From positions 66,299-130,298 of the forward strand of contig JAJRQY010000140.1 in NCBI GenBank assembly GCA_024280015.1: a DNA stretch of 64,000 nt, in the 5' to 3' direction. Source of the DNA: Actinomycetes bacterium (GTDB lineage Bacteria > Actinomycetota > Acidimicrobiia > Acidimicrobiales > SZUA-35). Below, piece after piece: positions 9,680-19,500 of this stretch; the stretch's first letter is position 1; each line of letters begins with the position of its first letter. Both the position numbers and the translations under genes were made by a program. The notes under the pieces are model-generated. The model saw nothing but the letters and a program-made list of their open reading frames with translations, did no database searches and had not been told where the DNA came from.

Positions 9680-10401
9680 GAGGTCACCCTGTTTGAGGCA
9701 TCGGGAGTTGGTTCCTGACCGACGCCAAGAATCCGGTGGGCGGCACAGGCTGCCCCATATCCGTTGTCGATGCCAACCACGGCGATACCGGGTGCGCACG
9801 ACGCCAACATCGAAAGCAGGGCAGTAACCCCCTCAAACGATGTTCCGTATCCAACGGAAGTTGGCACGGCAATCAAGGGCTGGTGAAGGAGGCCTGCCAG
9901 AACGGTCGGCAACGCACCTTCCATTCCGGCCAGGGCAATAATGACGTCAGCCTGGTCGAATTCGGGGAGCGAGTCGATCAATCGATGTAGGCCAGCTACA
10001 CCAACGTCGGTGACCATGATCGAGGCATGGCCCATGGCCGTCAGGGTCACATGTACTTCGTTGGCCACAGGAAGGTCTGAGGTTCCGGCCGACACAATAG
10101 CCACCCGCTTCCCGGTTAATTGACGGTGCCGCCAACTGAAGGTCGATTCAGATTCGTGGTGTGGAGCCAGCTGACGCAGAGCCTCCGCCTGATCTGGAGT
10201 GGCGCGAGTGGCGACGACCGCATCAGTTCCGTTCTCCAGGATGTCGGAGATGATTTCAACACATTGCTCCACCGTCTTACCTTGGCAATACACGGCTTCG
10301 GGAATGTCAATCCGAGCGCTTCGTGGATAGTCGATTCGGGCCATTGGACTGTGGGGCGGGACGTTCTTGGTCGGCACTGTCCCCGGTGAGTGAGAATCCA
10401 T
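9676..10401 (-). CDS. larB: LarB, PurE-like NaAD carboxylase/hydrolase for the nickel-pincer cofactor
   Basis: PurE-like core KRVAIVSAGTSDLPVANEVHVTLTAMGHA...VGVAGLHRL...IALAGMEGALPTVLAGL...PLIAVPTSVGYG. Confidence 0.85.
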   Translation of the reverse strand: MDSHSPGTVPTKNVPPHSPMARIDYPRSARIDIPEAVYCQGKTVEQCVEIISDILENGTDAVVATRATPDQAEALRQLAPHHESESTFSWRHRQLTGKRVAIVSAGTSDLPVANEVHVTLTAMGHASIMVTDVGVAGLHRLIDSLPEFDQADVIIALAGMEGALPTVLAGLLHQPLIAVPTSVGYGTSFEGVTALLSMLASCAPGIAVVGIDNGYGAACAAHRILGVGQEPTPDASNRVTS

Positions 10402-11225
10402 CAGGCCGTACTCTGGCTGAGGGCCAGGTTCAGGTTGCCTGACTGTAAACCGGCGAGGTCAACCGTGACATAGCGATAGCCAACCGAACGCAGAGCCTGG
10501 GTGATGGTTTCGGACTGTTCGGCCACGGTGACAATGTCGGCGGTTGGGACCTCGATGCGGGCCGTATCGCCGTAGTGGCGGACTCGTACGTCACCGAGAC
10601 CAAGTTCTCGCAGGGCCGCTTCGGCTCGATCAATTCGGGAAAGCAGGGTGAGTTTGACCTCGGTGCCATAGGGGATTCGCGAGGCCAGGCATGGCATTGC
10701 TGGACGGTCCCAGACCTCAAGAGCCCAGGCCTTGGCCAGGTGTCGAACGTCGGCCTTGCTGAACCCGGCATCAACCAGGGGAAAGGAGGCTCCTCGTTCT
10801 TGAGCCGCCTGTTGACCAGGTCGGTGATCGCCAAGGTCATCGAGGTTCACACCAAGCACAACGGTGGCCGACCGCTCCTTGGCCAATGGTGCGAGCTGGT
10901 CCATGAGGGCCGTCTTGCACCAGAAACAGCGGTCCCCGTTGTTGGCTTGGTAGCGCGTGTCGGAAAGCTCATCAGTGGAGACTGCCTGCCAGGGCACGCC
11001 CCAAGATTGGGTCAAGCGTTGGCACTGGTCCAATTCGCCGCTGGCGAAGGAAGCCGAGTCGGCAGTGGCGGCCAAGACCGACTCGCTTGGGAGCGACTTC
11101 ACCGCGGCGACGGCGACGAGAGAAGAATCGACCCCACCCGAGAAAGCGACGACCATTGGCCCGATAGATCGAATAGCAGTGTCGAGACGATTGGCTAGAT
11201 CTTGGGTGACGGCATCCACGGTCAC
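10401..11225 (-). CDS. larE: LarE, PP-loop ATP-dependent sulfur transferase for the nickel-pincer cofactor
   Basis: PP-loop VAFSGGVDSSLVA. A PCLASR cysteine motif plus an extra CFWC pair. 1-nt overlap with the larB start. Confidence 0.85.
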   Translation of the reverse strand: MTVDAVTQDLANRLDTAIRSIGPMVVAFSGGVDSSLVAVAAVKSLPSESVLAATADSASFASGELDQCQRLTQSWGVPWQAVSTDELSDTRYQANNGDRCFWCKTALMDQLAPLAKERSATVVLGVNLDDLGDHRPGQQAAQERGASFPLVDAGFSKADVRHLAKAWALEVWDRPAMPCLASRIPYGTEVKLTLLSRIDRAEAALRELGLGDVRVRHYGDTARIEVPTADIVTVAEQSETITQALRSVGYRYVTVDLAGLQSGNLNLALSQSTA

Positions 11226-11341
11226 AATGCTAGGCCCGTTGGCTCTTTCTCTGGCCTGAGCTAGCAGAGAAGCTGGTTGGCACTAACTGTCCGAAGATGT
11301 CAGTCTTGGTACCGGTGCTAGTGAGAAGGCTGATTGCATAA

Positions 11342-12238
11342 ATGGTAGGTGACGAGGAATCTGGCTCTAACGGCTGGTTCGACGAGATTTCGTTTGACCC
11401 TGAGGCTCCGCTATTGCAGATGGGCACCCGCAGGCTGGGGGAGTCGGGCTGGCTTGTCAGCGATGATGACCGCGCCTCGGACCTTGAGTTGAAGGCCAAG
11501 TTGATGGCCGAACGCCACGATGAGGTCTTCGCGGTGATGCCTGAACAGGCTGAAGGCGCGTTCGCCGCCGCTGAGCGGTTGTTGGAGATGATCCAAGCCG
11601 AGGTGCTTGGCTGGGATACTGCGGGGAAGTCGGGCGTTGGCATTGTTCCTGATGCAAATGCCGAAGCCAAGCATCCGCTGGAACGGGCCGCCAGCCTGGT
11701 TCAAGAAGATCTCTGCCTAATTCACCTGCGCGATGGCACGTGGCACCTGGATGCGGCTTCTTTGTGCTTCCCGTCTCGTTGGCTCTTGGCTGACAAGATT
11801 GGGCGACCCTTACTTGGAGTGCACGCCAAGGTCGACGGCTATGACGCCGCGCTGTCCGAGCGCGTGAATCGAGCATTCGATCACCTGTTGAGTCGCCCTG
11901 ATGATCGGCCGGTGTGGCGCAGAAACTGGTTCGTCCATCCGATCCCGGACCGGTTCCAGCCGGGGCGACTCGTCGACGGTGACCCGTTGGTTGGTGCCGA
12001 CCGGGCAATGGACAACTTGTGGGTCCGTAGTGAGCGCCAGATCCTACGCCGGGTCCTTGATCCAGACTGGGCGGTGTTCAGCATCCGGATACAACAGGCC
12101 AGTCTGGCTGAGCTGTTTGTGGTGGAGGGTCGAAGCGAGAAGCTTGCCAGCTATTTCGGTGATGCCTCTGCGGCTGACGCCCTCCACCACGGAGTTTCTG
12201 AAACCCAGTGCGAGCAGTTGCTGGACGCACTGGGTTGA
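11342..12238 (+). CDS. DUF3445 family protein (heme-dependent oxidative N-demethylase-like)
   Basis: The core EDLCLIHLRDGTWHLDAASLCFPSRWLLADKIGRPLLGVHAKVDGY resembles the DUF3445 signature as I recall it. Confidence 0.5.
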   Translation: MVGDEESGSNGWFDEISFDPEAPLLQMGTRRLGESGWLVSDDDRASDLELKAKLMAERHDEVFAVMPEQAEGAFAAAERLLEMIQAEVLGWDTAGKSGVGIVPDANAEAKHPLERAASLVQEDLCLIHLRDGTWHLDAASLCFPSRWLLADKIGRPLLGVHAKVDGYDAALSERVNRAFDHLLSRPDDRPVWRRNWFVHPIPDRFQPGRLVDGDPLVGADRAMDNLWVRSERQILRRVLDPDWAVFSIRIQQASLAELFVVEGRSEKLASYFGDASAADALHHGVSETQCEQLLDALG

Positions 12239-12284
12239 CAGCTATAGGTTTGGGCTGATAGCCCCAAGCTGGGCTGCGACCCTG

Positions 12285-12665
12285 CTAGGCGTCGGCGCTT
12301 TCTGATTCTTTTTCGGCCTCGATCTTGGCTCGAATCTCGTCCATGTCCAGTCCTTCGACCTGGGTGATGAGGTCGGTGAAGGCCGAGGCAGGGAGAGCTC
12401 CGGGCTGGGAGAAGACCAGGATTCCGTCGCGGAAGGCCATCAGGGTCGGGATTGACCGGATATTCAATGCTCCGGACAGTTCTTGCTCGACCTCGGTGTT
12501 GATCTTGGCGAAGGTGGCGTCAGGGTACTTCTCGGAGGCTTCTTCGAAGACCGGTCCGAAGCTCTTGCAAGGGCCGCACCATTCGGCCCAAAAGTCCAGG
12601 AATACCATCCCATCTTTGGCGATGGTGTCTTCGAACGCGTCGGCGGTGAGATTGATTGTGCTCAT
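12285..12665 (-). CDS. trxA: Thioredoxin
   Basis: WAEWCGPCK active site with thioredoxin fold length, plus a short acidic C-terminal tail. Start at ATG 12665 (MSTINLT). Confidence 0.85.
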   Translation of the reverse strand: MSTINLTADAFEDTIAKDGMVFLDFWAEWCGPCKSFGPVFEEASEKYPDATFAKINTEVEQELSGALNIRSIPTLMAFRDGILVFSQPGALPASAFTDLITQVEGLDMDEIRAKIEAEKESESADA

Positions 12666-12779
12666 ACCACTCTCTAACACCGTTGTTTGTCCGTACATTC
12701 CCACTGGGTGAACGAAACATTTGAATCCGGAGTGCAATCGGGTGTGTCTCACGAGAAGTCGTCTTGCCCACACTTCCCG

Positions 12780-13709
12780 CTATTCATCCGATCTCCGACG
12801 CAAACCTGAAGCGGCCTCGGCGAATACGGTGTAGTTGTCTTGCACCACCTGCTCTTCGATCGCAACCCGGACCGTGTTGGTGATCGCGTTGGTATTCTCA
12901 AAACAGTCAAATTCGGTTATGGCCAGGCTTCGCTCAAAGGCCTGGATTGCCAGGATGGTGTCTGGTGAGGTTGAACCTTGCATCGTCTCTAGATTCGCGT
13001 CTTCAACGTCGTAGAGCTCCATGGTGTTGCGAACGAACAGGCCGAGTACTGATTCCTCGTCGTCCAGATCGAACCCGGCCTCACGCAGGCAGCGAATACT
13101 CTCATTGTTGGCCGCGGCTACCCGTGGGTCAGCCAGAGTTTGCTCGTTGATGTCATGCAACAATTCATGATAGGTCTGCATGACCTCAGCAGAAGGCAGT
13201 TCATCGGGCATGAACTGGTCATATGCGTATTGCTGACAATTGTCAGCTCCGCGGGTGGAGCCAGAAATCTCCGTAACCGCGTATTCCTCGCTACCGGCTG
13301 GCCCGTAGAGCGCCAGGTCATACAGCTCCTGTGCTTTCGGGTCAAGGTTGGCGTAGATCTCGTCGTTTGGGTTGGGAACGTATGCGGGCTCGATGGCGAG
13401 CACGGTTGAGATGCCAAACCCGAACTTCTCGGCGAACTCGAGATCCGAAAGTCCAAATGACTCAGGGCTAGGTGGCATCGAGGCTTGGACAAGCCATGGG
13501 GTGTAGTCGAAACCGTCTAACCGCATGCACTCAGCGATGTATTCTTCTCTGACTCGTTGTTCGTCCTGAATGGAGTTGCTTAGTTCTTCGGGGGAGAGAG
13601 GTTGGCCAACGACTTCAGCGATCGTGCGTGCCTCCCTCCCGTCCTTTGATCCACAGCCCGCAAGCACAGCGATAACGATCAATGGGATGGTGATCCAATA
13701 CTTCAGCAT
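12780..13709 (-). CDS. Hypothetical secreted lipoprotein
   Basis: Signal/lipobox MLKYWITIPLIVIAVLAGCGSKDG. Acidic mature domain with paired cysteines. No family recognised. Confidence 0.5.
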   Translation of the reverse strand: MLKYWITIPLIVIAVLAGCGSKDGREARTIAEVVGQPLSPEELSNSIQDEQRVREEYIAECMRLDGFDYTPWLVQASMPPSPESFGLSDLEFAEKFGFGISTVLAIEPAYVPNPNDEIYANLDPKAQELYDLALYGPAGSEEYAVTEISGSTRGADNCQQYAYDQFMPDELPSAEVMQTYHELLHDINEQTLADPRVAAANNESIRCLREAGFDLDDEESVLGLFVRNTMELYDVEDANLETMQGSTSPDTILAIQAFERSLAITEFDCFENTNAITNTVRVAIEEQVVQDNYTVFAEAASGLRRRSDE

Positions 13710-14045
13710 TGTTTGGGCAACACCGTTCACTCCACCTTGTTGGTTCGAGCGGTCGACCTCCAAAGATCATCCCGCTCACCTCATTGGAACACATCCAGAG
13801 TCCGAGGGCGCATCGGCCTGTGGGTGTGAACGGTCACGGTGCGGGACCATCACGGAGAAATTACATGCTGTGCGCGGCTTTCCAGAAACATCATGTTCAT
13901 ATCGCTGAACAAGTCCTGAAGTCCAACTCAGAAGTGAGGCTCGGGCCCTCTGGGGCCGGTTGGCTAGCAGTGGGTCCGACCGGGCCTTGAATCGACTGGT
14001 AGTCGGCCTTGGGCCGGGCTGGTCCAATCAAAAGGGGAAGCATTG

Positions 14046-15353
14046 ATGTTGAGAAAGAAAAGGGTGGCTGCTCTTGTCACCACCGCAGCAGTACTGATGG
14101 GGACCGCCTCAGTCGGGTCGGCTGAAGCAACTCACCGACCAAGACCACAAGAAACGACCTTTGTCGTGACGATCACTAACGTCTCCGATGGGTTTGACTT
14201 CAGCAGGTCCGGGGTTTTCACCAATCCGGATGATTCCGATTCACCAGCTCCAGCATTTCCTGGCAGTAGCTATCAATTTGAGGTCTACGCCAACCCTGGT
14301 GACCATTTGAGCTTGGCCACCATGCTGGTCCAGTCCAATGACTGGTTCTTCGCTCCATTGGAAGACGGGATTGCCCTCTATGACTCAGCTGGTGAGCCAA
14401 TCCAAGGTGACATTACTGAACAGTTCTACATCATTGATGCTGGAACCGAGATAGATCAAACACCCGGCGAGGGTCCCGACCAGGCACCTCGTCAGTCTGG
14501 CCCCGACACCGGAGCTCCTGACCCTGACTCAACCGTGCGATTGGTTGAGGATGCTCCCGCAGTACAGGACCTGATCGCGGTGACCGTTGAACCAGGCGGA
14601 GACAGCAGCTTTGTTGTCACGGTCAGCAATGTGTCGGGCGAGAGCGTTCTTCCTGGGCCTATTGCTCCCGGCGTATTTGCTGTTCATCAGGCCTCTGCCC
14701 CCTTGTTCACCCTCGGGGAGGCGGACCGTGGTGAAGGTCTGGAAGACCTGGTCGAGGATGGAAACCCAGCATTGTTGGGTGAGGAGCTCTCGGGCCGGAC
14801 CGGAGTGGCCTCTCCGTTGGCACCTGGTGTGTACGCCCCCACCCGTCGTCGCAATGTGTTCTATCGCCGGAACCGTCCCGACCGTGGCCGTGGCCTCGAA
14901 GCCTTGGCTGAAGATGGCAACCCGAGCCTTCTTGTTGCTGATCTGCAGGCAAGGTTGCGCGGCGATGTTGGAGTCTTTGCCATTCCGTCCGGATCTGACG
15001 CCCCAGGTCCACTCTTTCCTGGTGAGTCTTATGAGTTCACGGTCACCGGCCGTCCAGGTGAGCGCCTGCAGGTAGCGTCAATGTTCGTCCAGTCAAATGA
15101 CTGGTTCTTGGCGACCAAGCGCCAGGGAGTTCGACTTTTCCGTCGTGGGCAAGCGATTGACAAGGACATCACCTCGGAGTTTCGACTCCTTGATGCTGGT
15201 ACTGAGGTTGACCAAGCGCCAGGTTTCGGGCCGGATCAACCACCACGACAGTCTGGGCCGAACACCGGTGCTGATGATCCCAACGATTCTGTTCGATTTG
15301 TGAGCAGGGACGTGAGTTCCTTGATCCAGGTGACGATTCGCCCGGCCAGCTAG
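14046..15353 (+). CDS. Secreted protein with two spondin_N-like domains
   Basis: Signal peptide AALVTTAAVLMGTASVGSAEA. Two modules each end with MLVQSNDWFFA / MFVQSNDWFLA and DAGTE(I/V)DQ(T/A)PG...PRQSGP(D/N)TGA. LE(D/A)L(V/A)EDGNP motifs are typical of bacterial Spondin_N. RBS AAAAGGGGAAG lies before ATG 14046. Confidence 0.6.
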   Translation: MLRKKRVAALVTTAAVLMGTASVGSAEATHRPRPQETTFVVTITNVSDGFDFSRSGVFTNPDDSDSPAPAFPGSSYQFEVYANPGDHLSLATMLVQSNDWFFAPLEDGIALYDSAGEPIQGDITEQFYIIDAGTEIDQTPGEGPDQAPRQSGPDTGAPDPDSTVRLVEDAPAVQDLIAVTVEPGGDSSFVVTVSNVSGESVLPGPIAPGVFAVHQASAPLFTLGEADRGEGLEDLVEDGNPALLGEELSGRTGVASPLAPGVYAPTRRRNVFYRRNRPDRGRGLEALAEDGNPSLLVADLQARLRGDVGVFAIPSGSDAPGPLFPGESYEFTVTGRPGERLQVASMFVQSNDWFLATKRQGVRLFRRGQAIDKDITSEFRLLDAGTEVDQAPGFGPDQPPRQSGPNTGADDPNDSVRFVSRDVSSLIQVTIRPAS

Positions 15354-15364
15354 TCACAACAAAC

Positions 15365-15401
15365 AGGGCGACTAAGTAGGGCGACTAAACAGGGCGATTA
15401 A
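15365..15401. repeat. Three tandem 13-nt-period repeats AGGGCGA(C/T)TAA
   Basis: Read directly at 15365..15375, 15378..15388 and 15391..15401. Located in the intergenic space just after the stop of the spondin-like gene and upstream of ORF 15499. Confidence 0.8.
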
Positions 15402-15498
15402 TACTCTCAGTCGTTGCGGTTGTTGGACTCCCCACCAACTGCGACGGCTGACTGCCGGATCTGCTCATCTGACCTGTTGATCTGCCGACTATGGAGGC

Positions 15499-15804
15499 AT
15501 GAGTCAGCTCACCTATGTTGCCTATGTTGCTGCAGGACTGCGATTCCTCTACACCGGTCACCGCCTGACCTTGGTTTTGCTTTCTTTGATCTTGCTGGTC
15601 TGGTTTGTGGTCCTGGCTGCCATTCGTGATCAGGTTGTTCCTGAGGACAAAAGCCGCCCGGTCAATGGTTGGACCGGATCCATTTCCTATAGCTCGGCGG
15701 AGACTCTGACGACTATGCGTGGAGTCTCCATCAGCTCCTCCATGATGTTGCTTGGCCTGTCGATGTTCGCCCCCTTGCTCGCTGTCTGGGCCTTCTTGCC
15801 CTAG
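15499..15804 (+). CDS. Hypothetical small membrane protein
   Basis: 101 aa with about three hydrophobic helices (LTLVLLSLILLVWFVVLAAI, MMLLGLSMFAPLLAVWAFL). It is more protein-like than the overlapping antisense ORF 15385..15834. Confidence 0.35.
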   Translation: MSQLTYVAYVAAGLRFLYTGHRLTLVLLSLILLVWFVVLAAIRDQVVPEDKSRPVNGWTGSISYSSAETLTTMRGVSISSSMMLLGLSMFAPLLAVWAFLP

Positions 15805-15838
15805 AGAATTTCCGGTGACTGTTCGTTGCCGCAAAGCT

Positions 15839-15872
15839 CTCTGGCTCTGATTCTCTGGCTCTGATTCTCTGA
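15839..15872. repeat. 14-nt tandem repeat CTCTGGCTCTGATT x2.4
   Basis: Read directly between two convergent genes. Confidence 0.8.
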
Positions 15873-15874
15873 CC

Positions 15875-16354
15875 TCAGCCAGTGGTAAGGAACTTTGAGT
15901 TCACCCACGCGCCGGTCCCACTTGTGTCCAGTTCCCACCAGGCGCCGGTGCCCACCACACGGCATGCACCAGTAGGGCGAAGACCTGAGGTGTTCGGTCC
16001 GAGAGCGCCGACCTTTGCTGTCTTGTGGCCAGGTAGCTCACGGATATTGAGCACATCGTCGTCCTTGACGTTGAAGACCCGGTACTCGGCCCCCTCAACT
16101 GGTTCGGCACCAGGCAAGCATGGTTTCGTGTTTGGTGGGGGAGCGGTCGAGGTCGTGATCGCTGGCTCCTCCGTTGTTGATGTGGTGGAGGAAGAGGTAT
16201 TGGCCAGTGCCGTTGTTGTCGAGTTGGCCGGTGCTGAGCTTGATGTTTGGGCTAGAGGAACGCTTGCTTCGTCGCTTCCGCATCCCGCAAGGGAAAACGT
16301 GATCAAGCCAAGGGCAGCAAGTTGAAGCACTGATTGTCTAGTTGTGTCGTTCAC
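15875..16354 (-). CDS. Lipoprotein with Ser/Thr-rich linker and C-terminal SH3b-like domain
   Basis: Lipobox LAGCGSDE, an S/T/P-rich linker, then YRVFNVKDDDVLNIRELPGHKTAKVGAL...WWEL...GWVNSKFL. Confidence 0.55.
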   Translation of the reverse strand: MNDTTRQSVLQLAALGLITFSLAGCGSDEASVPLAQTSSSAPANSTTTALANTSSSTTSTTEEPAITTSTAPPPNTKPCLPGAEPVEGAEYRVFNVKDDDVLNIRELPGHKTAKVGALGPNTSGLRPTGACRVVGTGAWWELDTSGTGAWVNSKFLTTG

Positions 16355-16499
16355 ATTTTGCTCCTCATCTGTTTCCCACTACGTCTTGCTTGGCCGATTC
16401 TGCCTCCAGTTATCGGCGTAATTCGGCCTGCCCTGAACACCAAGATCACCCGGACATGTCTAAGACGATCTTGGCATGGGAAAGGTTCCCATTGCATGA

Positions 16500-16515
16500 T
16501 CGAACAAATGTTCGG
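16500..16515. promoter_or_regulatory. LexA (SOS) operator TCGAAC-AAAT-GTTCGg
   Basis: Read directly, 11 nt upstream of the dnaE2 ATG. 15 of 16 positions are identical to the imuA' box, including the AAAT spacer. Confidence 0.75.
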
Positions 16516-16526
16516 TATGGTGTGGA

Positions 16527-19500
16527 ATGGGCTGGGGTAATCCACCGATCTCCTGGCGAGATCTCCAAGCAACACTCTCTGACAAGCCAAAGGCGCTGTC
16601 TGGTAAGCCAAAGGCGCTGTCTGATGGTCCAACCACACGGTCAAGTGATGGTCGTGAGCGTTCTGATCAGGGTGATGTTCCACTAGAAGGTGATGGCGGA
16701 GACAGCCCTGCCTGGTCGCGTACACGCGGCCCGTACGTCCCTCCCGCTCCCGCTGCCCCGCTACCACCCAGAACCGGCTCAACGGTTCCCTACGCCGAAC
16801 TGCATTGTCATTCGACCTTCAGCTTTCTTGATGGTGCTTCCCATCCTGAAGAACTGGCCGAAGAAGCAGCAAGGCTTGGCCTGGAAGCGCTGGCTCTCAC
16901 CGATCACAACGGGTTCTATGGAGTGGTTCGTTTTGCCGAGGCGGCCCGAGCGGTTGGGTTACCGACAATCTTTGGAACCGAGCTCACCATTGACAAGCTT
17001 GACATTCGTCCCGGGCAAGCCGACCCAGACGGCACTCACCTCCTGGTTCTGGCTCGTGATCCCCAGGGTTATGCCGCCCTGGCCCGAGTGATTAGTGAGT
17101 CCCAACTTGCGGGCGAAAAGGGTGCGCCACGAATGTCGATGGGTGACCTCGAACGCTGGTTGCAGCCAGGAGACGTCGATCATTGGGTTGTGCTGACTGG
17201 TTGTCGAAAAGGAGCAGTGCCTCGGGCCCTTGAGCGAGAGGGCCCGGTAGGAGCCGAACGAGAACTTCATCGTCTAATGGACCGTTTCGGTCGCCACAAT
17301 ATTGTGGTCGAACTCTGGGACCAAGGAGCACCTCTGGACAGCGCCCGAAATGATGCGCTGGTCCAGCTTGGCGTTCGGGCCGGCGTCGACATTGTTGCCA
17401 CCAACAACGTTCACTACGCCACGCCAGGCCGTCGACAACTCGCTTCGGCCCTGGCCGCGGTGCGGGCTCGGCGTTCCTTGGATGAGATCGAAGGCTGGCT
17501 GCCAGCTGCTGGCGGCGCTCACCTCCGCTCGGGCAGTGAGCAAGCTCGACGCTTCGCTCGCTACCCCGGTGTGGTGCAGCGGGCGGCCGAACTTGGTCGA
17601 GCATGTGCCTTTGATCTGTCGCTGATGGCCCCAAAGCTGCCCCCGTTCCCCTGCCCGGATGGACTCAGCGAGATGGGTTTGCTTCGGCATCTGGTCGAAG
17701 CACACGGGATGAAGCGCTATGGACCGCGTGGTAGTGAGTGGGTTCCTGGGGCTTGGAAGCAGCTGGATCACGAACTCAATCTGATCGAGCGCCTGGGGTT
17801 CGCTGGCTATTTCTTGGTGGTGTGGGACATCGTCGACTTCTGTATCCGCAGCGACATTTTGTGCCAGGGTCGAGGATCGGCGGCGAACTCCGCGGTTTGT
17901 TTTGTGTTGGGAATCACCAAGGCTGATGCGGTGTCGCTTGGCCTATTGTTCGAACGGTTCCTTGCCCCGGAACGAGATGGCCCACCTGACATCGACCTGG
18001 ACATTGAATCGGACCGCCGGGAAGAAGTCATCCAGTATGTCTATGACAAGCATGGTCGGCGCCACGCCGCCCAGGTGGCCAACGTCATCACCTATCGAGC
18101 CAAGTCGTCGGTCAGAGACGCGGCAAAAGCGTTGGGCTATGCCCAAGGTCAGCAAGACGCATTCGCCAAATCGGTGAGTGGTTGGGGACGGCGGATCAAC
18201 TCCGGCACCGAAGGCTCAGACTTGCCTGATGATGTCGCTGAACTGTCTGCCCAGTTTGAGAACCTGCCCCGACACTTGGGGATCCACTCTGGTGGCATGG
18301 TCATGTGTGATCGTCCAGTGATCGAGGTCTGCCCGGTCGAGTGGGGTCGGATGGAAGGACGAACCGTTCTGCAATGGGACAAGGACGATTGTGCTGCTGC
18401 TGGCCTGGTGAAGTTTGATCTGCTTGGCCTTGGCATGTTGTCGGCCCTGCACTATTGCGTTGATCTGATTGCTGAGCATCACCAAACCGACATTGACCTG
18501 GCGATGATTCCTCAAGAAGACGGGGTCTATGACATGTTGTGTCACGCGGACTCAGTCGGCGTATTCCAGGTCGAGTCGCGGGCCCAAATGTCAACCCTGC
18601 CTCGGCTTCGCCCACGAACGTTCTATGACCTGGTGGTCGAGATTGCCCTGATTCGTCCCGGCCCAATCCAGGGCGGCTCAGTCCACCCCTACATCCGGCG
18701 ACGTAACGGCCAAGAGCCCGTCACCTACCTACATCCCCTGCTGAGACCTTCGTTAGAGAAGACGCTTGGAATCCCCCTGTTCCAAGAGCAGCTGATGCAG
18801 ATGGCCATCGACATTTCGGGATTCTCACCGGCCGAAGCTGACCAGCTCCGGCGAGCAATGGGTTCCAAACGAAGCAGAGCCAGAATGGAAGAACTCAAGG
18901 AACGGCTCTGTTGGGGAATGAGCGAACGGGGAGTCACCCCAGACATCCAAGAACTGATCTGGGACAAGCTGGTTGCTTTTGCCAACTATGGCTTCCCCGA
19001 GAGTCATTCCATCAGCTTTGCCTACCTGGTCTATTCCTCGTCATGGCTCAAGCTGCACTACCCGGCGGCCTTCTGCGCTGCCTTGCTGCGGGCCCAGCCC
19101 ATGGGTTTCTATTCACCCCATTCGCTGGTGCAAGACGCTAGACGACATGGCGTGCATACTCTGCCGCCTGACATCAACGCTTCAGAAGCGGAAGCATCCC
19201 TCATTCACCTTGGTGACGAGTTGGCGCCGTTGCCAATCCGAGTCAAGGGAGCGAAAGGGATTGAAGAAGAACGCCGAGACCATGACTGGGCGGTCCGCCT
19301 TGGTCTTGACTCGGTCCGGACCATCTCGGATGTAATGGCCAAGAAGATTGCTGCCAGTCAGCCGTTCTCCTCCATTGAAGATATGGCCAGAAAGACAGGG
19401 GTCAGCAAGGAACAGCTGGAGGCATTGGCTACTGCCGGATGTTTTGATCGCCTTGGTTCCGAGACGGCAACTTTGACCGGAGGCAAGACAACAAGGCAGA

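Noticed and set aside
13764-14042. A 280-nt divergent intergenic region examined for tRNA or structured RNA.
   Set aside because: No cloverleaf or known motif is visible. It is most simply two divergent promoters.
16351-16782. The 143-aa minus-strand ORF over the dnaE2 promoter and 5' end.
   Set aside because: It overlaps the LexA box and the conserved DnaE2 N-terminus, and has no motifs.
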